In this document: piece by piece, positions 40,089 to 49,539 of the stretch | Layout: each line of letters starts with the position of its first letter | Position numbering within the stretch: the first letter of the stretch is position 1 | Virus record (IMG/VR): IMGVR_UViG_3300025121_000014 | Location: 1-64,000 of that record | Direction: 5' to 3' (one strand) | Source: a virus | Taxonomy: Duplodnaviria; Caudoviricetes | DNA: 64,000 nucleotides | Program-made: the position numbers and the translations under genes | The notes under the pieces: generated by a model | What the model was told of the DNA's origin: nothing | Database searches by the model: none | What the model saw: the letters and a program-made list of their open reading frames with translations, nothing else

Positions 40089-40119
40089 CAAAGATAGTAA
40101 AAAATAATAAGCATACAAA
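40089..40119 (-). promoter_or_regulatory. Bacteroidota-type housekeeping promoter
   Basis: Minus strand TTTG-N19-TATCTTTG(CA). Confidence 0.75.
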
Positions 40120-40137
40120 ATTGTTTATATTTAACTA

Positions 40138-41037
40138 TCATTTTAATCTATATCCTTTTTTAGTTTTTTCTAATATATTACAAATTGGTGCATTATTTTT
40201 AGCAAATTCATATCCATCTTTCCATAATTTAGTCATTTCTTTTTTATTAAAATTTAATGAATTTAAATTTGGAATATATGGAATACGATAAATATTTAAT
40301 TGTATATTTCTTTGTGTTCCTTCTAATTTACTTATTGATATATCATTGTTATTTATTTCAAAATTCATTAATGATATTGTTTTACTTGCAATATCAAATA
40401 TATTTTTAGATTTTTTGGTATCTTCTCTATATTCTGATGATAAAATAAAAATGTCGATTACATCACATTTTTCATCTATTGCTTTTTGAACTGGTATAGG
40501 TTCTAATATCCCACCATCTAAATATTCACATTCATTTTTTACAACAATATCAAAAGCAATAGGAACACTTGCTGATGCTAACATCCATTCACAAAAATCA
40601 AAATATGTTTCACGTCCTAATTTTTTATATTCTACTATCGATTTAGTCATATTAGATACCGTAATAAACACATCTTTACTATTTAAACTATAATAATCTT
40701 TTACGGTTAATATTTTTTTTATTTCTTTTAATAAATTAGATGCATCACCTAATGATGTTTTACCTAAAATTATTCTTTTTATTGCATTGAAAACTTTTAA
40801 TTTACCTTTTGAATTGTAAGGCACTACACTAAAAATATCACTATTAGTAACATTTGTATATTTATCTTTTAATTCATCTATTTTTCCAAGTGATATAAGA
40901 GGAATTAATAACGCTCCCGTACTTGTCCCAACCAATACATCCCAATCCATATTTTTTTCTTTCATAAGATATTCTACACAACCACCTGCAAATGAACCTT
41001 TTACCCCTCCCCCTGAGATTACTAATCCTCTTTTCAT
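40138..41037 (-). CDS. Patatin-like phospholipase
   Basis: SGGGVKG, GTSTG nucleophile elbow, ASASVP, YLDGG. Confidence 0.92.
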   Translation of the reverse strand: MKRGLVISGGGVKGSFAGGCVEYLMKEKNMDWDVLVGTSTGALLIPLISLGKIDELKDKYTNVTNSDIFSVVPYNSKGKLKVFNAIKRIILGKTSLGDASNLLKEIKKILTVKDYYSLNSKDVFITVSNMTKSIVEYKKLGRETYFDFCEWMLASASVPIAFDIVVKNECEYLDGGILEPIPVQKAIDEKCDVIDIFILSSEYREDTKKSKNIFDIASKTISLMNFEINNNDISISKLEGTQRNIQLNIYRIPYIPNLNSLNFNKKEMTKLWKDGYEFAKNNAPICNILEKTKKGYRLK

Positions 41038-41276
41038 ATTAATATTATTATTTTAATATTATATATTAAATTAAAAAACTTTATATTATTTTGATAATAT
41101 AAAATTTAATTATTTAAATGCGATAATTTCAATCCAAATAATTTAAAAAAAGATAACTTCAATATGAAAACAATTAACAAAGTCAACTTAAACACAACAA
41201 AAAATCCTTTAATCTTTTAATAGAAGATATAAACAATTACTTAGAATTAAAATTCAAAACTTATAATAATCCATCA

Positions 41277-41933
41277 ATGTTCAATTCAATACATTGGTAT
41301 GATATGTTACAAACAATGAGTGCTATATTAGATAGATACTACAATATAGAAGATGTTATAGATGATTTTTATTATAATTCAGCAGTAACATATAGTGGGG
41401 GGTTTGTAGCATTATCTGATAAATATAAAGAAAGATTTATAAAAGATGTATATGAAGTATATATTATAACTTCATATCCACAGAGGATAAATAAATTGAT
41501 AAAGGAAAATAAATTATGGTTTAGTGATAAAAAATTAAAATATATTTATCATATATTATATGAACACACTAATTATGGTATATTAAGAAAATTATTTATT
41601 AATTATACTTATGGTTTAATAATATCTAAAAAATCAAAAATATATTCAAATATAGATTTAGGATTAGAAGTATCTGATTATTATAATAAATTATTCAAAA
41701 AAATTAGTGAAGAAGTTGATTATATCTATATCGATACTGATACTTTTTATGTAAAAGAAAGTGAAGTAGAAAAAATTATAAATCTTTTTTTAGATAATGA
41801 TATTATTAATTACGAATCAGATGGACCTTATAATTATATATTTTTTAGGAAAAAATCATATATTAAATTTGATAGATATACTATTCTTAGAAAATGTGGA
41901 ATAGAAGAAAAAGAAAATCCCCGTTATTATTAA
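41277..41933 (+). CDS. Miniature, degenerate family-B DNA polymerase palm domain
   Basis: YSGGFV, TSYPQRI (motif A lacking Asp), RKLFINYTYG (motif B), YIDTDT (motif C), KKSYI. Confidence 0.65.
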   Translation: MFNSIHWYDMLQTMSAILDRYYNIEDVIDDFYYNSAVTYSGGFVALSDKYKERFIKDVYEVYIITSYPQRINKLIKENKLWFSDKKLKYIYHILYEHTNYGILRKLFINYTYGLIISKKSKIYSNIDLGLEVSDYYNKLFKKISEEVDYIYIDTDTFYVKESEVEKIINLFLDNDIINYESDGPYNYIFFRKKSYIKFDRYTILRKCGIEEKENPRYY

Positions 41934-41947
41934 AGAGGATTTTTTAA

Positions 41948-42652
41948 TTATTTTTCTAATTCTTTTAACATTTTTATTAATTCAGGTTGTGGATGGCAAT
42001 CTGATTTATCTGATCTGTAAGAAGTATGTCCCCAAACACCAGATTTTCCTAAAAGAGCATCTCTTGAAATATCCCACATATCATCATTATAAGTTAAAGG
42101 AATATTAAATTTATCTTTCCAAAACAATAATAATTGTCTTGTAGTTTCAATTTGTTCATCTGTATATTTTTCAAAATATTTAAAACCTCTAAATGGTTTA
42201 TCATATATTTGAATATTATTAATATCTTTATATTCTTTATTATATGCATCATAATATTTACCATCATCTTTTAATACAAGTGGTCCTAATGAATCTAATT
42301 CAACACCAATAGATGCTTGATTAAGTATTTCATTATTAGCAATATACTGTCTTCCGTTACTATTTGTTTTAAATATAAAATCAATATCATTAGCTTGAAA
42401 TACAGGAACTTTTACACCTAAATGATGAGCCCATGCCGAATTTGTAGAATAACATTGGTATGGAATACCTTTCCAATCAATAATAATATGTGTTGATACT
42501 CTAGCATCATCACTTAACCACCAATTTATATCACCTTGTACTCCTCTATAACTAACCGTATGATGCAAAACAATTTGTTTTTTTTCTGTTCTTTCTTTAT
42601 AATATTGTTCTTCAGGATAATCCACACTTACAATTTTATCTAATATGCTCAT
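41948..42652 (-). CDS. N-acetylmuramoyl-L-alanine amidase (Amidase_2) endolysin
   Basis: IVLHHT, STHIII, SIGVEL, GHTSYRSDKSDCHP. Confidence 0.88.
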   Translation of the reverse strand: MSILDKIVSVDYPEEQYYKERTEKKQIVLHHTVSYRGVQGDINWWLSDDARVSTHIIIDWKGIPYQCYSTNSAWAHHLGVKVPVFQANDIDFIFKTNSNGRQYIANNEILNQASIGVELDSLGPLVLKDDGKYYDAYNKEYKDINNIQIYDKPFRGFKYFEKYTDEQIETTRQLLLFWKDKFNIPLTYNDDMWDISRDALLGKSGVWGHTSYRSDKSDCHPQPELIKMLKELEK

Positions 42653-42669
42653 TATATTTTAATTATTTT

Positions 42670-43182
42670 TTATATTATCTTAAATTTAGATAATTTTTCT
42701 TTTATATTTTCATTATATTTAATTCTAATTAATTTAATATTATTATCTTTACAAAAATTATTTTTAATATTATCTAATTTTTTTCTATATTTAAAATCTT
42801 TTTGACCTCCCCAATGTTTTATAGGTTTAAAATGTTGTTCTCCGTCAAATTCTATACACAAATTATCTTTTGGTAAATAAAAATCAAACGGTAATATTCT
42901 TTTATATTTACATTTACCAAATTTTTTTTGTGTTTCAAATAGAATGTTATTATTATTTAATAAATTTTTTATTTCTCTTTCTCCCTTACTTTCATTACAT
43001 ATAGGGCATCCTGATCTATTTAAATGACTATTTGGAGTTTGTTCAAATTCTCCATGTTCTTTACATATAATTTTAATTTTAGTTTCGTTATTTTTATAAT
43101 TTACTAATGAGTAATCATATTTATTACTATGTATATTTTTAGCTCTTTCTACAATTTCTTTTGTAGTTAATTTTTTTGACAC
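42670..43182 (-). CDS. PD-(D/E)xK (DUF559/Vsr-like) homing endonuclease
   Basis: KYDYSLVNY...IICKEHGEF repeat; LPFDFYLP...CIEFDGEQH. Confidence 0.75.
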   Translation of the reverse strand: MSKKLTTKEIVERAKNIHSNKYDYSLVNYKNNETKIKIICKEHGEFEQTPNSHLNRSGCPICNESKGEREIKNLLNNNNILFETQKKFGKCKYKRILPFDFYLPKDNLCIEFDGEQHFKPIKHWGGQKDFKYRKKLDNIKNNFCKDNNIKLIRIKYNENIKEKLSKFKII

Positions 43183-43189
43183 TTAATTT

Positions 43190-43714
43190 TTAATTATTTT
43201 TTTGTAAGAATTTCTTTTTTATTTGTTTACGATATTCTTCTCTTGATAATGTTTGATCAATAGAATATCTTTTGCCATTATTTTTTTCATCAGTAGCAAT
43301 CCAATTTTCTTCATTTTTTAATTGTTCGTTAATAATATTTTGATTTTTGTCTTCTGTTTGTTTTTCTTCAGTTTCAAAGTCATCTATTTTTCTAAGAGTT
43401 TCTAAGATATAATTTTTTAAATCCACAATATCTTCTTTTTTAAAAGTAATTTCATAAATATCATCATCTTTAAATATAATATATGAATCATTTTCCATTC
43501 TTACATCTTCATAAAAATTTATTCTATCTCCTATTCTACCGAATTTTAATATATCACGATTAAATAATCTTTTATATTTAATTGTGAAATCGTCTAATTT
43601 CCTAAACTCGTCTTTTGTGGATCCTACTATTTTTCGGGATTTACCAAAATCTAATGTAAAGAAATCCAATCCACGAAGATTTCTCAGAAAGTAAGTACTT
43701 GATACTATTATCAT
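43190..43714 (-). CDS. Hypothetical protein
   Basis: 174-aa ORF in a minus-strand operon. Confidence 0.55.
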   Translation of the reverse strand: MIIVSSTYFLRNLRGLDFFTLDFGKSRKIVGSTKDEFRKLDDFTIKYKRLFNRDILKFGRIGDRINFYEDVRMENDSYIIFKDDDIYEITFKKEDIVDLKNYILETLRKIDDFETEEKQTEDKNQNIINEQLKNEENWIATDEKNNGKRYSIDQTLSREEYRKQIKKKFLQKNN

Positions 43715-43732
43715 ATGTAATTTATTATATTT

Positions 43733-44212
43733 TTAAAATGTTGATGAGTCTTCTAAATCACTATCAGAATCTGGTAATGTTTTAGCTGTTGCTTCCTCAC
43801 TTGTTTCTGAGTCTAATTCAGAAAATAATTCAAGAATTTTATCTTCGTTTATATCTTTTACATTAACATCTTTTCCTAGTGTTCTATAAAGATTTCCATC
43901 GCTATCATATTTTTTAACTTTAATGTAGCAATCTGTTAATTGGTCTTGTGCTACATCTTTTAATGAAATAATTATATATACTTGATAATGAAATTGATCA
44001 TCATCAAAATCAAACACTAAATTTTTATCTGGTTCATTTAAATTACTAATATTAATATCCCCTAGTGTAGCTCCATTAAGTGATAATGATCCATTTATAA
44101 ACCAATCATTAATATTTTTCGTTAATTCTTTAAAGAAAGATTGAATCATATAATCAGGTGTTTCAATATATTTCTCATTAAGGAATTCAGAATATTTTTT
44201 TATATTTTTCAT
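43733..44212 (-). CDS. CTS-bearing hypothetical protein
   Basis: MKNIKKYSEFLNE start. Confidence 0.6.
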   Translation of the reverse strand: MKNIKKYSEFLNEKYIETPDYMIQSFFKELTKNINDWFINGSLSLNGATLGDINISNLNEPDKNLVFDFDDDQFHYQVYIIISLKDVAQDQLTDCYIKVKKYDSDGNLYRTLGKDVNVKDINEDKILELFSELDSETSEEATAKTLPDSDSDLEDSSTF

Positions 44213-44302
44213 TTATTAATATTTTTGTTTGATTATATATATAAAATTGTATTTCATTAATTTATATATAAAAAAAATAGACTTAAAAAAAATAATATTT
44301 TT

Positions 44303-44506
44303 ATGAAAAAACAAGAAAGAAAGAAAGTAGAACATTATAGCATACTTAAAATGATATTACGAATTTTAACACTTGCAATTGCAATTTGGGCATTAGTCAT
44401 AGCATATCAAGCTAAACAAACAGCCGAATGGGTGAATATTAAACAAGATAATGTTATTGAACAATTATTATTTAATAATAATTCACCAATAATTAAAAAA
44501 AATTAA
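44303..44506 (+). CDS. Small single-TM membrane protein
   Basis: ILRILTLAIAIWALVIAY hydrophobic helix. Confidence 0.55.
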   Translation: MKKQERKKVEHYSILKMILRILTLAIAIWALVIAYQAKQTAEWVNIKQDNVIEQLLFNNNSPIIKKN

Positions 44507-44519
44507 GTTTATAATAATT

Positions 44520-44885
44520 ATGAAAAATATAAAACAATTTGAACAATTTATTAATGATAATTTTAATAACCCGTTTAAAAGAAAAAACATAATTAGAATA
44601 ATTGAAAATCCACCAAAAGGTTCAATATATTCTGAACCACGAGAAAACGAGTTAGAATTTATTAAGTTAACTAATTTAGATAATGGTAGATGGAAAATAG
44701 AATTTAAAGATTATACTATGGAATATGGTTGGGGATTTTTTATTTATAATCAATTAGATAATGAAATTGAAGATATTGAAAGATATGGCTATGAACAACA
44801 ACAAATACCACATTATTTAGAACCAACAGAAGATACAATTATAGATATTAAAAAGATTATTCAAAAAAATAAAAAGAAGGTATGA
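44520..44885 (+). CDS. CTS-bearing hypothetical protein
   Basis: MKNIKQFEQFIND start. Confidence 0.55.
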   Translation: MKNIKQFEQFINDNFNNPFKRKNIIRIIENPPKGSIYSEPRENELEFIKLTNLDNGRWKIEFKDYTMEYGWGFFIYNQLDNEIEDIERYGYEQQQIPHYLEPTEDTIIDIKKIIQKNKKKV

Positions 44886-45352
44886 AAAATATAAAAGGTT
44901 TTAATCAATTTTTAAATGAAGATGGTTCCACAACTGCTGTTGTAGGATCAGGAACTGCCGTAAGTGGTCCATCTTTTTCAAGTGTATCTGTTGCAGGAGT
45001 TAGCATAGACGGTGGGCATTCAACACAAGGGAGTAGTGGTGTATCTACATTAGGCAATGTATCTGGTATGGGAGATGTTGTTTCTGCTCAACCATCTGAT
45101 ACACCAGGTGATGTTGCTGGTAGTACTAAAGGATCAGGTGATATTGGACAAACTTTAAAACCATTTACTAAATCATTTCCTAATACAAGAAAGAAGAAAA
45201 AAGAAAAAAAGAAAAAAACTAATTCTGAAAAAGGAGCACAAATAGATAAATTTTACACTTCTAAATATTCAGAAAAATATATAAAATCTGGAAATGTAAT
45301 TCAAGATTGGAAAACATTTAATAAAGAAAAAAATGGTAATAAAAAAGTTTAA
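44882..45352 (+). CDS. CTS-bearing Gly/Ser-rich, probably disordered head protein
   Basis: MKNIKGFNQFLNEDG; G/S/T-rich; basic stretch; C-terminal IQDWKTF. Confidence 0.6.
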   Translation: MKNIKGFNQFLNEDGSTTAVVGSGTAVSGPSFSSVSVAGVSIDGGHSTQGSSGVSTLGNVSGMGDVVSAQPSDTPGDVAGSTKGSGDIGQTLKPFTKSFPNTRKKKKEKKKKTNSEKGAQIDKFYTSKYSEKYIKSGNVIQDWKTFNKEKNGNKKV

Positions 45353-46562
45353 TATTTTTATAAATGAAAATATAACTAGTTTACTTAAAGGAAAATCTAA
45401 TGATGAAATGATTAAAGCATTAGAAGGTTTATCAAATAATAAGAAAATAGAATATATAATTGCATATCAATTAGATTATGATTTATTACCAAGAGATAAA
45501 AATGGTAGATGTATTTATCATAATAATGAAGATGAATATGGTGCTTATAGTTGTAATCTAACTGGTTATGGGATAAAAAAATTACCTGATAATTTAACAG
45601 TTCATGGTAATCTGATTTGTAATAATAACCCAGAATTAACTGAATTGCCTAAAGGATTAATCGTTAATGGTGATATGTATTTTTTTGATTATCCTAAAGA
45701 ATTAAAATTACCACATGATATACAATTAAGTGGAAAATATTATCATAGTATTAAAGGTAAAAAATTAATAATAGAAAATATAAAAGATTTACTTAAAGGT
45801 AAATCAGATGATGAAATTGAAAAAAAATTAAAAGTAAGTTCTGACGAAAATATAGCTCGTGGTGTGTTTAGTTATAATTTACCACTTAAATATTTACCTA
45901 AAAATTATGATAAATTAGTAAAAGATATTATTAAAGAAATAAAAGAACTTGTTAAAGAATATGGTGGTAATATTACTGTATATGATTTGGGTGTAGAAAG
46001 TATTGATTATGAAGGTGAAACACATTATTATGCAATATCTGTATTAACTACTGATTATGTATGGGTAGAGGAATATCTATTAACTGATTTTACTAAAAAT
46101 AGAACATATGAAGCACCATATGAAGAATTAAATTATTATCAATTAAGTGAAATAAAAGAAACAATAGAATGGGCAATTGGATCAGGAAATTTAGAACATA
46201 AATTATATGAAAGTGTTAAAGATTTATTAAAAGCAAAATCATATGAAGATGTTGAAAAACAATTAATTGGTTTATCGGATTTAGAAAGAATTATAAAAAT
46301 AGAAGAACACGATTTACCAAAAGAATATTTACCAAATAATTATAACGATATTAAAAAAATACTTATAAATGGTATTAAAAGCAAATTAAAACAGTTTAAT
46401 AATGTTTTAAATTTTTTAAATGATTTTGATTTACAAGACGAATTATATTTATACCCATATATTTTATACATCTTGTCAAAGAAAACCACCAAATCTTCAG
46501 TTTGGTGGATGAATTTGACTTCCAAAAACGGAAAAAACAGACTTTTAACTTTTAATATATAA
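45333..46562 (+). CDS. CTS-bearing modular polyprotein (three DLL-KS modules), 3' end interrupted by IS
   Basis: ENITSLLKGKS, ENIKDLLKGKS, ESVKDLLKAKS; LRR-like block; last ~29 codons are read through the IS left end. Confidence 0.7.
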   Translation: MVIKKFNIFINENITSLLKGKSNDEMIKALEGLSNNKKIEYIIAYQLDYDLLPRDKNGRCIYHNNEDEYGAYSCNLTGYGIKKLPDNLTVHGNLICNNNPELTELPKGLIVNGDMYFFDYPKELKLPHDIQLSGKYYHSIKGKKLIIENIKDLLKGKSDDEIEKKLKVSSDENIARGVFSYNLPLKYLPKNYDKLVKDIIKEIKELVKEYGGNITVYDLGVESIDYEGETHYYAISVLTTDYVWVEEYLLTDFTKNRTYEAPYEELNYYQLSEIKETIEWAIGSGNLEHKLYESVKDLLKAKSYEDVEKQLIGLSDLERIIKIEEHDLPKEYLPNNYNDIKKILINGIKSKLKQFNNVLNFLNDFDLQDELYLYPYILYILSKKTTKSSVWWMNLTSKNGKNRLLTFNI

Positions 46563-47763
46563 TTTAAAGGAAAAATAAAATATCTTTAAAAATGTTAAAA
46601 TCATATAAATACAGAATATACCCAAATCAAGCCCAAAAAGAACTTCTTTCAAAGATTTTTGGTCAAGTAAGATTTGTATATAATCTTGGTTTAGAAACTA
46701 AAATAACAGCATATACAGGAAACAAAAAAAATATTGATGTGTTTGATTTAAATAAGCAAATTAAAGAATTAAAAGATAATGAATGTGAATGGTTAAAAGA
46801 AAGCCCATCACAAGCACTTCAAATGAGTATGTCTAATCTAGATAATGCTTATACAAATTTCTTTAGAGGAAAAGGTTTTCCAAAATTTAAGAATAAATAT
46901 TCAAAACAATCATTTCAACTACCACAAGGTGTTTGGTTATCAGATAATAATAAACAAATTTTTATACCGAAATTAAAATTCACCGATATAGATTTACATC
47001 GTGAATTTAAAGGCGATATTAAAACTGTAACAGTAAGTAAATCAATAACTAATAAATATTATATATCAATTTTAACAGATAATTTACAACCTAAACCAGA
47101 AAAAAAACCAATTAAGTTAAATACAACAATTGGAATTGATTTAGGGATTAAAGATTTTGCTATCACTTCAGATGGAAAGAAATTCAAGAACCACGATTTC
47201 TTTAAATCTGCTTTAAGAGAACTAAGGGTTGAACAGCGATCTCTTAGTAGGAAAAAGAAAGGATCAAACCATTACAATCAACAAAAAATGAAAGTCGCTT
47301 TAATACACGAACACATTAAAAATCAAAGAGAAGATTATTTACATAAAATCAGTAAATATTTAGTTGATAATTATGACACTATATGTATTGAAAATCTTGG
47401 TGTATCTAATATGATTAAAAATCATAAATTATCTAAAGCAATATCAGATATGGGATGGAATAAATTTAAATCTATGCTTGATTATAAATGTGAATGGTAT
47501 GGTAAAAATTTAAGTGTGATTGGTAGATTTGATCCGTCAAGTAAATCATGTAGTTCTTGTGGGACAATAAATAAAGAATTAACATTAAAAGATAGAGAAT
47601 GGGTTTGTAAAGAGTGTGGTGTTAAACACGATAGGGATATTAATGCTGCAATAAATATAAGAAATTTTGGGTTGAGGAACCAACCTAGCGTCACACAAAG
47701 TGAATGGTTGCATTGTGCTTGTGGCGTAGAAACACACAAATCTTCAGTTTGTGTGTAGTTCAT
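46474..47763 (+). mobile_element. IS200/IS605-family tnpB-only element with both ends
   Basis: Left end GTCAAAGAAAACCACCAAATCTTCAGTTTGGTGGATGAATTTGAC; right end GAAACACACAAATCTTCAGTTTGTGTGTAGTTCAT. Confidence 0.8.
46592..47758 (+). CDS. tnpB: TnpB RNA-guided nuclease
   Basis: YKYRIYPN, GIDLG, IENL, CSSCG...CKECG, DRDINAAIN. Confidence 0.92.
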   Translation: MLKSYKYRIYPNQAQKELLSKIFGQVRFVYNLGLETKITAYTGNKKNIDVFDLNKQIKELKDNECEWLKESPSQALQMSMSNLDNAYTNFFRGKGFPKFKNKYSKQSFQLPQGVWLSDNNKQIFIPKLKFTDIDLHREFKGDIKTVTVSKSITNKYYISILTDNLQPKPEKKPIKLNTTIGIDLGIKDFAITSDGKKFKNHDFFKSALRELRVEQRSLSRKKKGSNHYNQQKMKVALIHEHIKNQREDYLHKISKYLVDNYDTICIENLGVSNMIKNHKLSKAISDMGWNKFKSMLDYKCEWYGKNLSVIGRFDPSSKSCSSCGTINKELTLKDREWVCKECGVKHDRDINAAINIRNFGLRNQPSVTQSEWLHCACGVETHKSSVCV

Positions 47764-48308
47764 CTACTATAAGTAAAATTGTTAAAATAAAACAATATGG
47801 TTTAGATAAAAAATATATGCCATCAAAAGATGAAATTAAAAAAGAATTTGATAATTGGGGTAATAGTATACATAGTACAGATTTAAAAATTTATCATATA
47901 ATTATATTAGAATTACCATTTGATTTATTACCTATAAGAAAAGAACCGAGTAAATTAAAAACAATTTATAAAGGGAATAAAAATAAAATTATTTGTAGTA
48001 CAGAGTTAGATGTAAGTTATAAAAATATAACTAAATTGCCAGATAATTTAGTTATTTATGGTGATTTGAATTGTAGTAGTAATCAATTAACTGAATTACC
48101 AAAAGGATTAGAAGTATTTGGAAATTTAAAAGCAAGTTATAATAATTTAACCGAATTTCCAGATGATACAATAGTACACGGATATTTAGATATAACTGGT
48201 ACTAAAATAACTAAAATACCTAAAACAGCAGTAATTTGGGAAGCTATATATTCTGATTATAAGTTAAATTATTTTAACCCAAAATCTGATGAAGAACATA
48301 TATTATAG
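47751..48308 (+). pseudogene. Headless remainder of a module/LRR-like gene downstream of the IS
   Basis: Begins mid-module (KIVKIKQYGLDKKYMPSKDEI); ATG lies inside the IS right end; LPDNL...LTELPKGL repeats. Confidence 0.55.
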
Positions 48309-48311
48309 AAT

Positions 48312-49016
48312 ATGAAAACATTTAAACAATTTATTAATGAAAATGTAAAAGATTTACTAACAGGAAAATCTGATGATGTTATTAGTAAAGAATTAGATAA
48401 ATTAAAAATACAAGATAAATTAAGATATATTCAAAAATATGATTTATCTGATAAATTTATGCCATCTGATAAGGAAATTAAAAATTATTTAAATAAATTC
48501 AGCACATATCAAATTATTGATAAAATACATTATTTAAATTTACCTAAAAAATTTATGCCAACTGATGAAGAAATTAAAAAATTAAAACCTTCGAAATTAT
48601 TAGAATTTATATCAAGAGGATGTATTTCTAAAAAATTTGAACCTACAAAAAAAGATTTAAATACATTTATGGAAAATATACCTAATGATATTAAAAATAT
48701 ATTGCAAATATATATTGATGCTGACGATAATTATGAATCAACAGGATTTTTTTTAAATTTTATTGATCAATTTACTACTTGTAAAAATTATTATAAATAT
48801 ATAATAGATATTGTTAATACTCACATAGAAGATTATTCTGACCATGAACCTAATCCATATTCACATATTAAATCTGATCAAGAAAAACTAAATTTTATGG
48901 ATTCTGATTTACTAATAGAATTTGTTGGTAATGGTATTTTTTATATTGATAGTAACACATATAATCATTTTATAGAAGATTTGAAAAAAACTAGTTGGAA
49001 TGATATAGTGGAATAG
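48312..49016 (+). CDS. CTS/DLL-KS module protein
   Basis: MKTFKQFINENVKDLLTGKSDD. Confidence 0.65.
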   Translation: MKTFKQFINENVKDLLTGKSDDVISKELDKLKIQDKLRYIQKYDLSDKFMPSDKEIKNYLNKFSTYQIIDKIHYLNLPKKFMPTDEEIKKLKPSKLLEFISRGCISKKFEPTKKDLNTFMENIPNDIKNILQIYIDADDNYESTGFFLNFIDQFTTCKNYYKYIIDIVNTHIEDYSDHEPNPYSHIKSDQEKLNFMDSDLLIEFVGNGIFYIDSNTYNHFIEDLKKTSWNDIVE

Positions 49017-49053
49017 ATTTAACAAGTTAACGAAAATATTTATTAATTTTTTT

Positions 49054-49091
49054 AAAAATCTATTTTTAATATATATTAAAAATAGATTTTT
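49054..49091. repeat. Perfect 38-bp palindrome centred on the late-promoter motif
   Basis: AAAAATCTATTTTTAATATATATTAAAAATAGATTTTT. Confidence 0.85.
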
Positions 49092-49095
49092 TGCA

Positions 49096-49539
49096 ATGAT
49101 TTATAAATTTAGTGAATTTGAAAGATTAAATGAGGAAACAAAACCAAGTAAAATATATAAAAATGTTATGTTTGATGATTACGAAATTAGAATTGGTCGT
49201 AATAGTCAGGTCAATGATATATTAACATTTGAATATGCTAATGATAATGATTTATGGTTTCATGTTAGTGGATACCCTGGTTCACATGTTGTAATAAAAG
49301 TTAAGGAAAATCAAGAAACACCAAACAAAGTTATTTTAGAAGCTTCTAGATTAGCTATTTATAATTCTAAGGCAAAAGGAAAAGGATTAGTTAAAGTAGT
49401 CTATACAGAAAGAAAAAACGTTACTAAGACCGATAAACATAATCCAGGGCAAGTTAGTGTTGATTATAGTAAATCAAAATTTATAAAAATAGAAGTTTTA
49501 AAAAAATATAATATAAATGAAACATATAAAAATATTTAA
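49096..49539 (+). CDS. NFACT-R (DUF814) RNA-binding domain protein with CTS
   Basis: IGRNSQVNDILT, DLWFHV...PGSHVV, A...S, V.YT..KNV.K, PGQV. Confidence 0.85.
   Translation: MIYKFSEFERLNEETKPSKIYKNVMFDDYEIRIGRNSQVNDILTFEYANDNDLWFHVSGYPGSHVVIKVKENQETPNKVILEASRLAIYNSKAKGKGLVKVVYTERKNVTKTDKHNPGQVSVDYSKSKFIKIEVLKKYNINETYKNI

Noticed and set aside
37826-40620. Partial parS-like strings (TCCACGTGAA near 37829; TGTTTCACGT near 40604)
   Set aside because: Inside coding sequence, non-palindromic, half-site matches only.
23672-47758. The two TnpB genes as additional Cas12 effectors
   Set aside because: They have IS ends, canonical TnpB HTH N-termini and no adjacent arrays.
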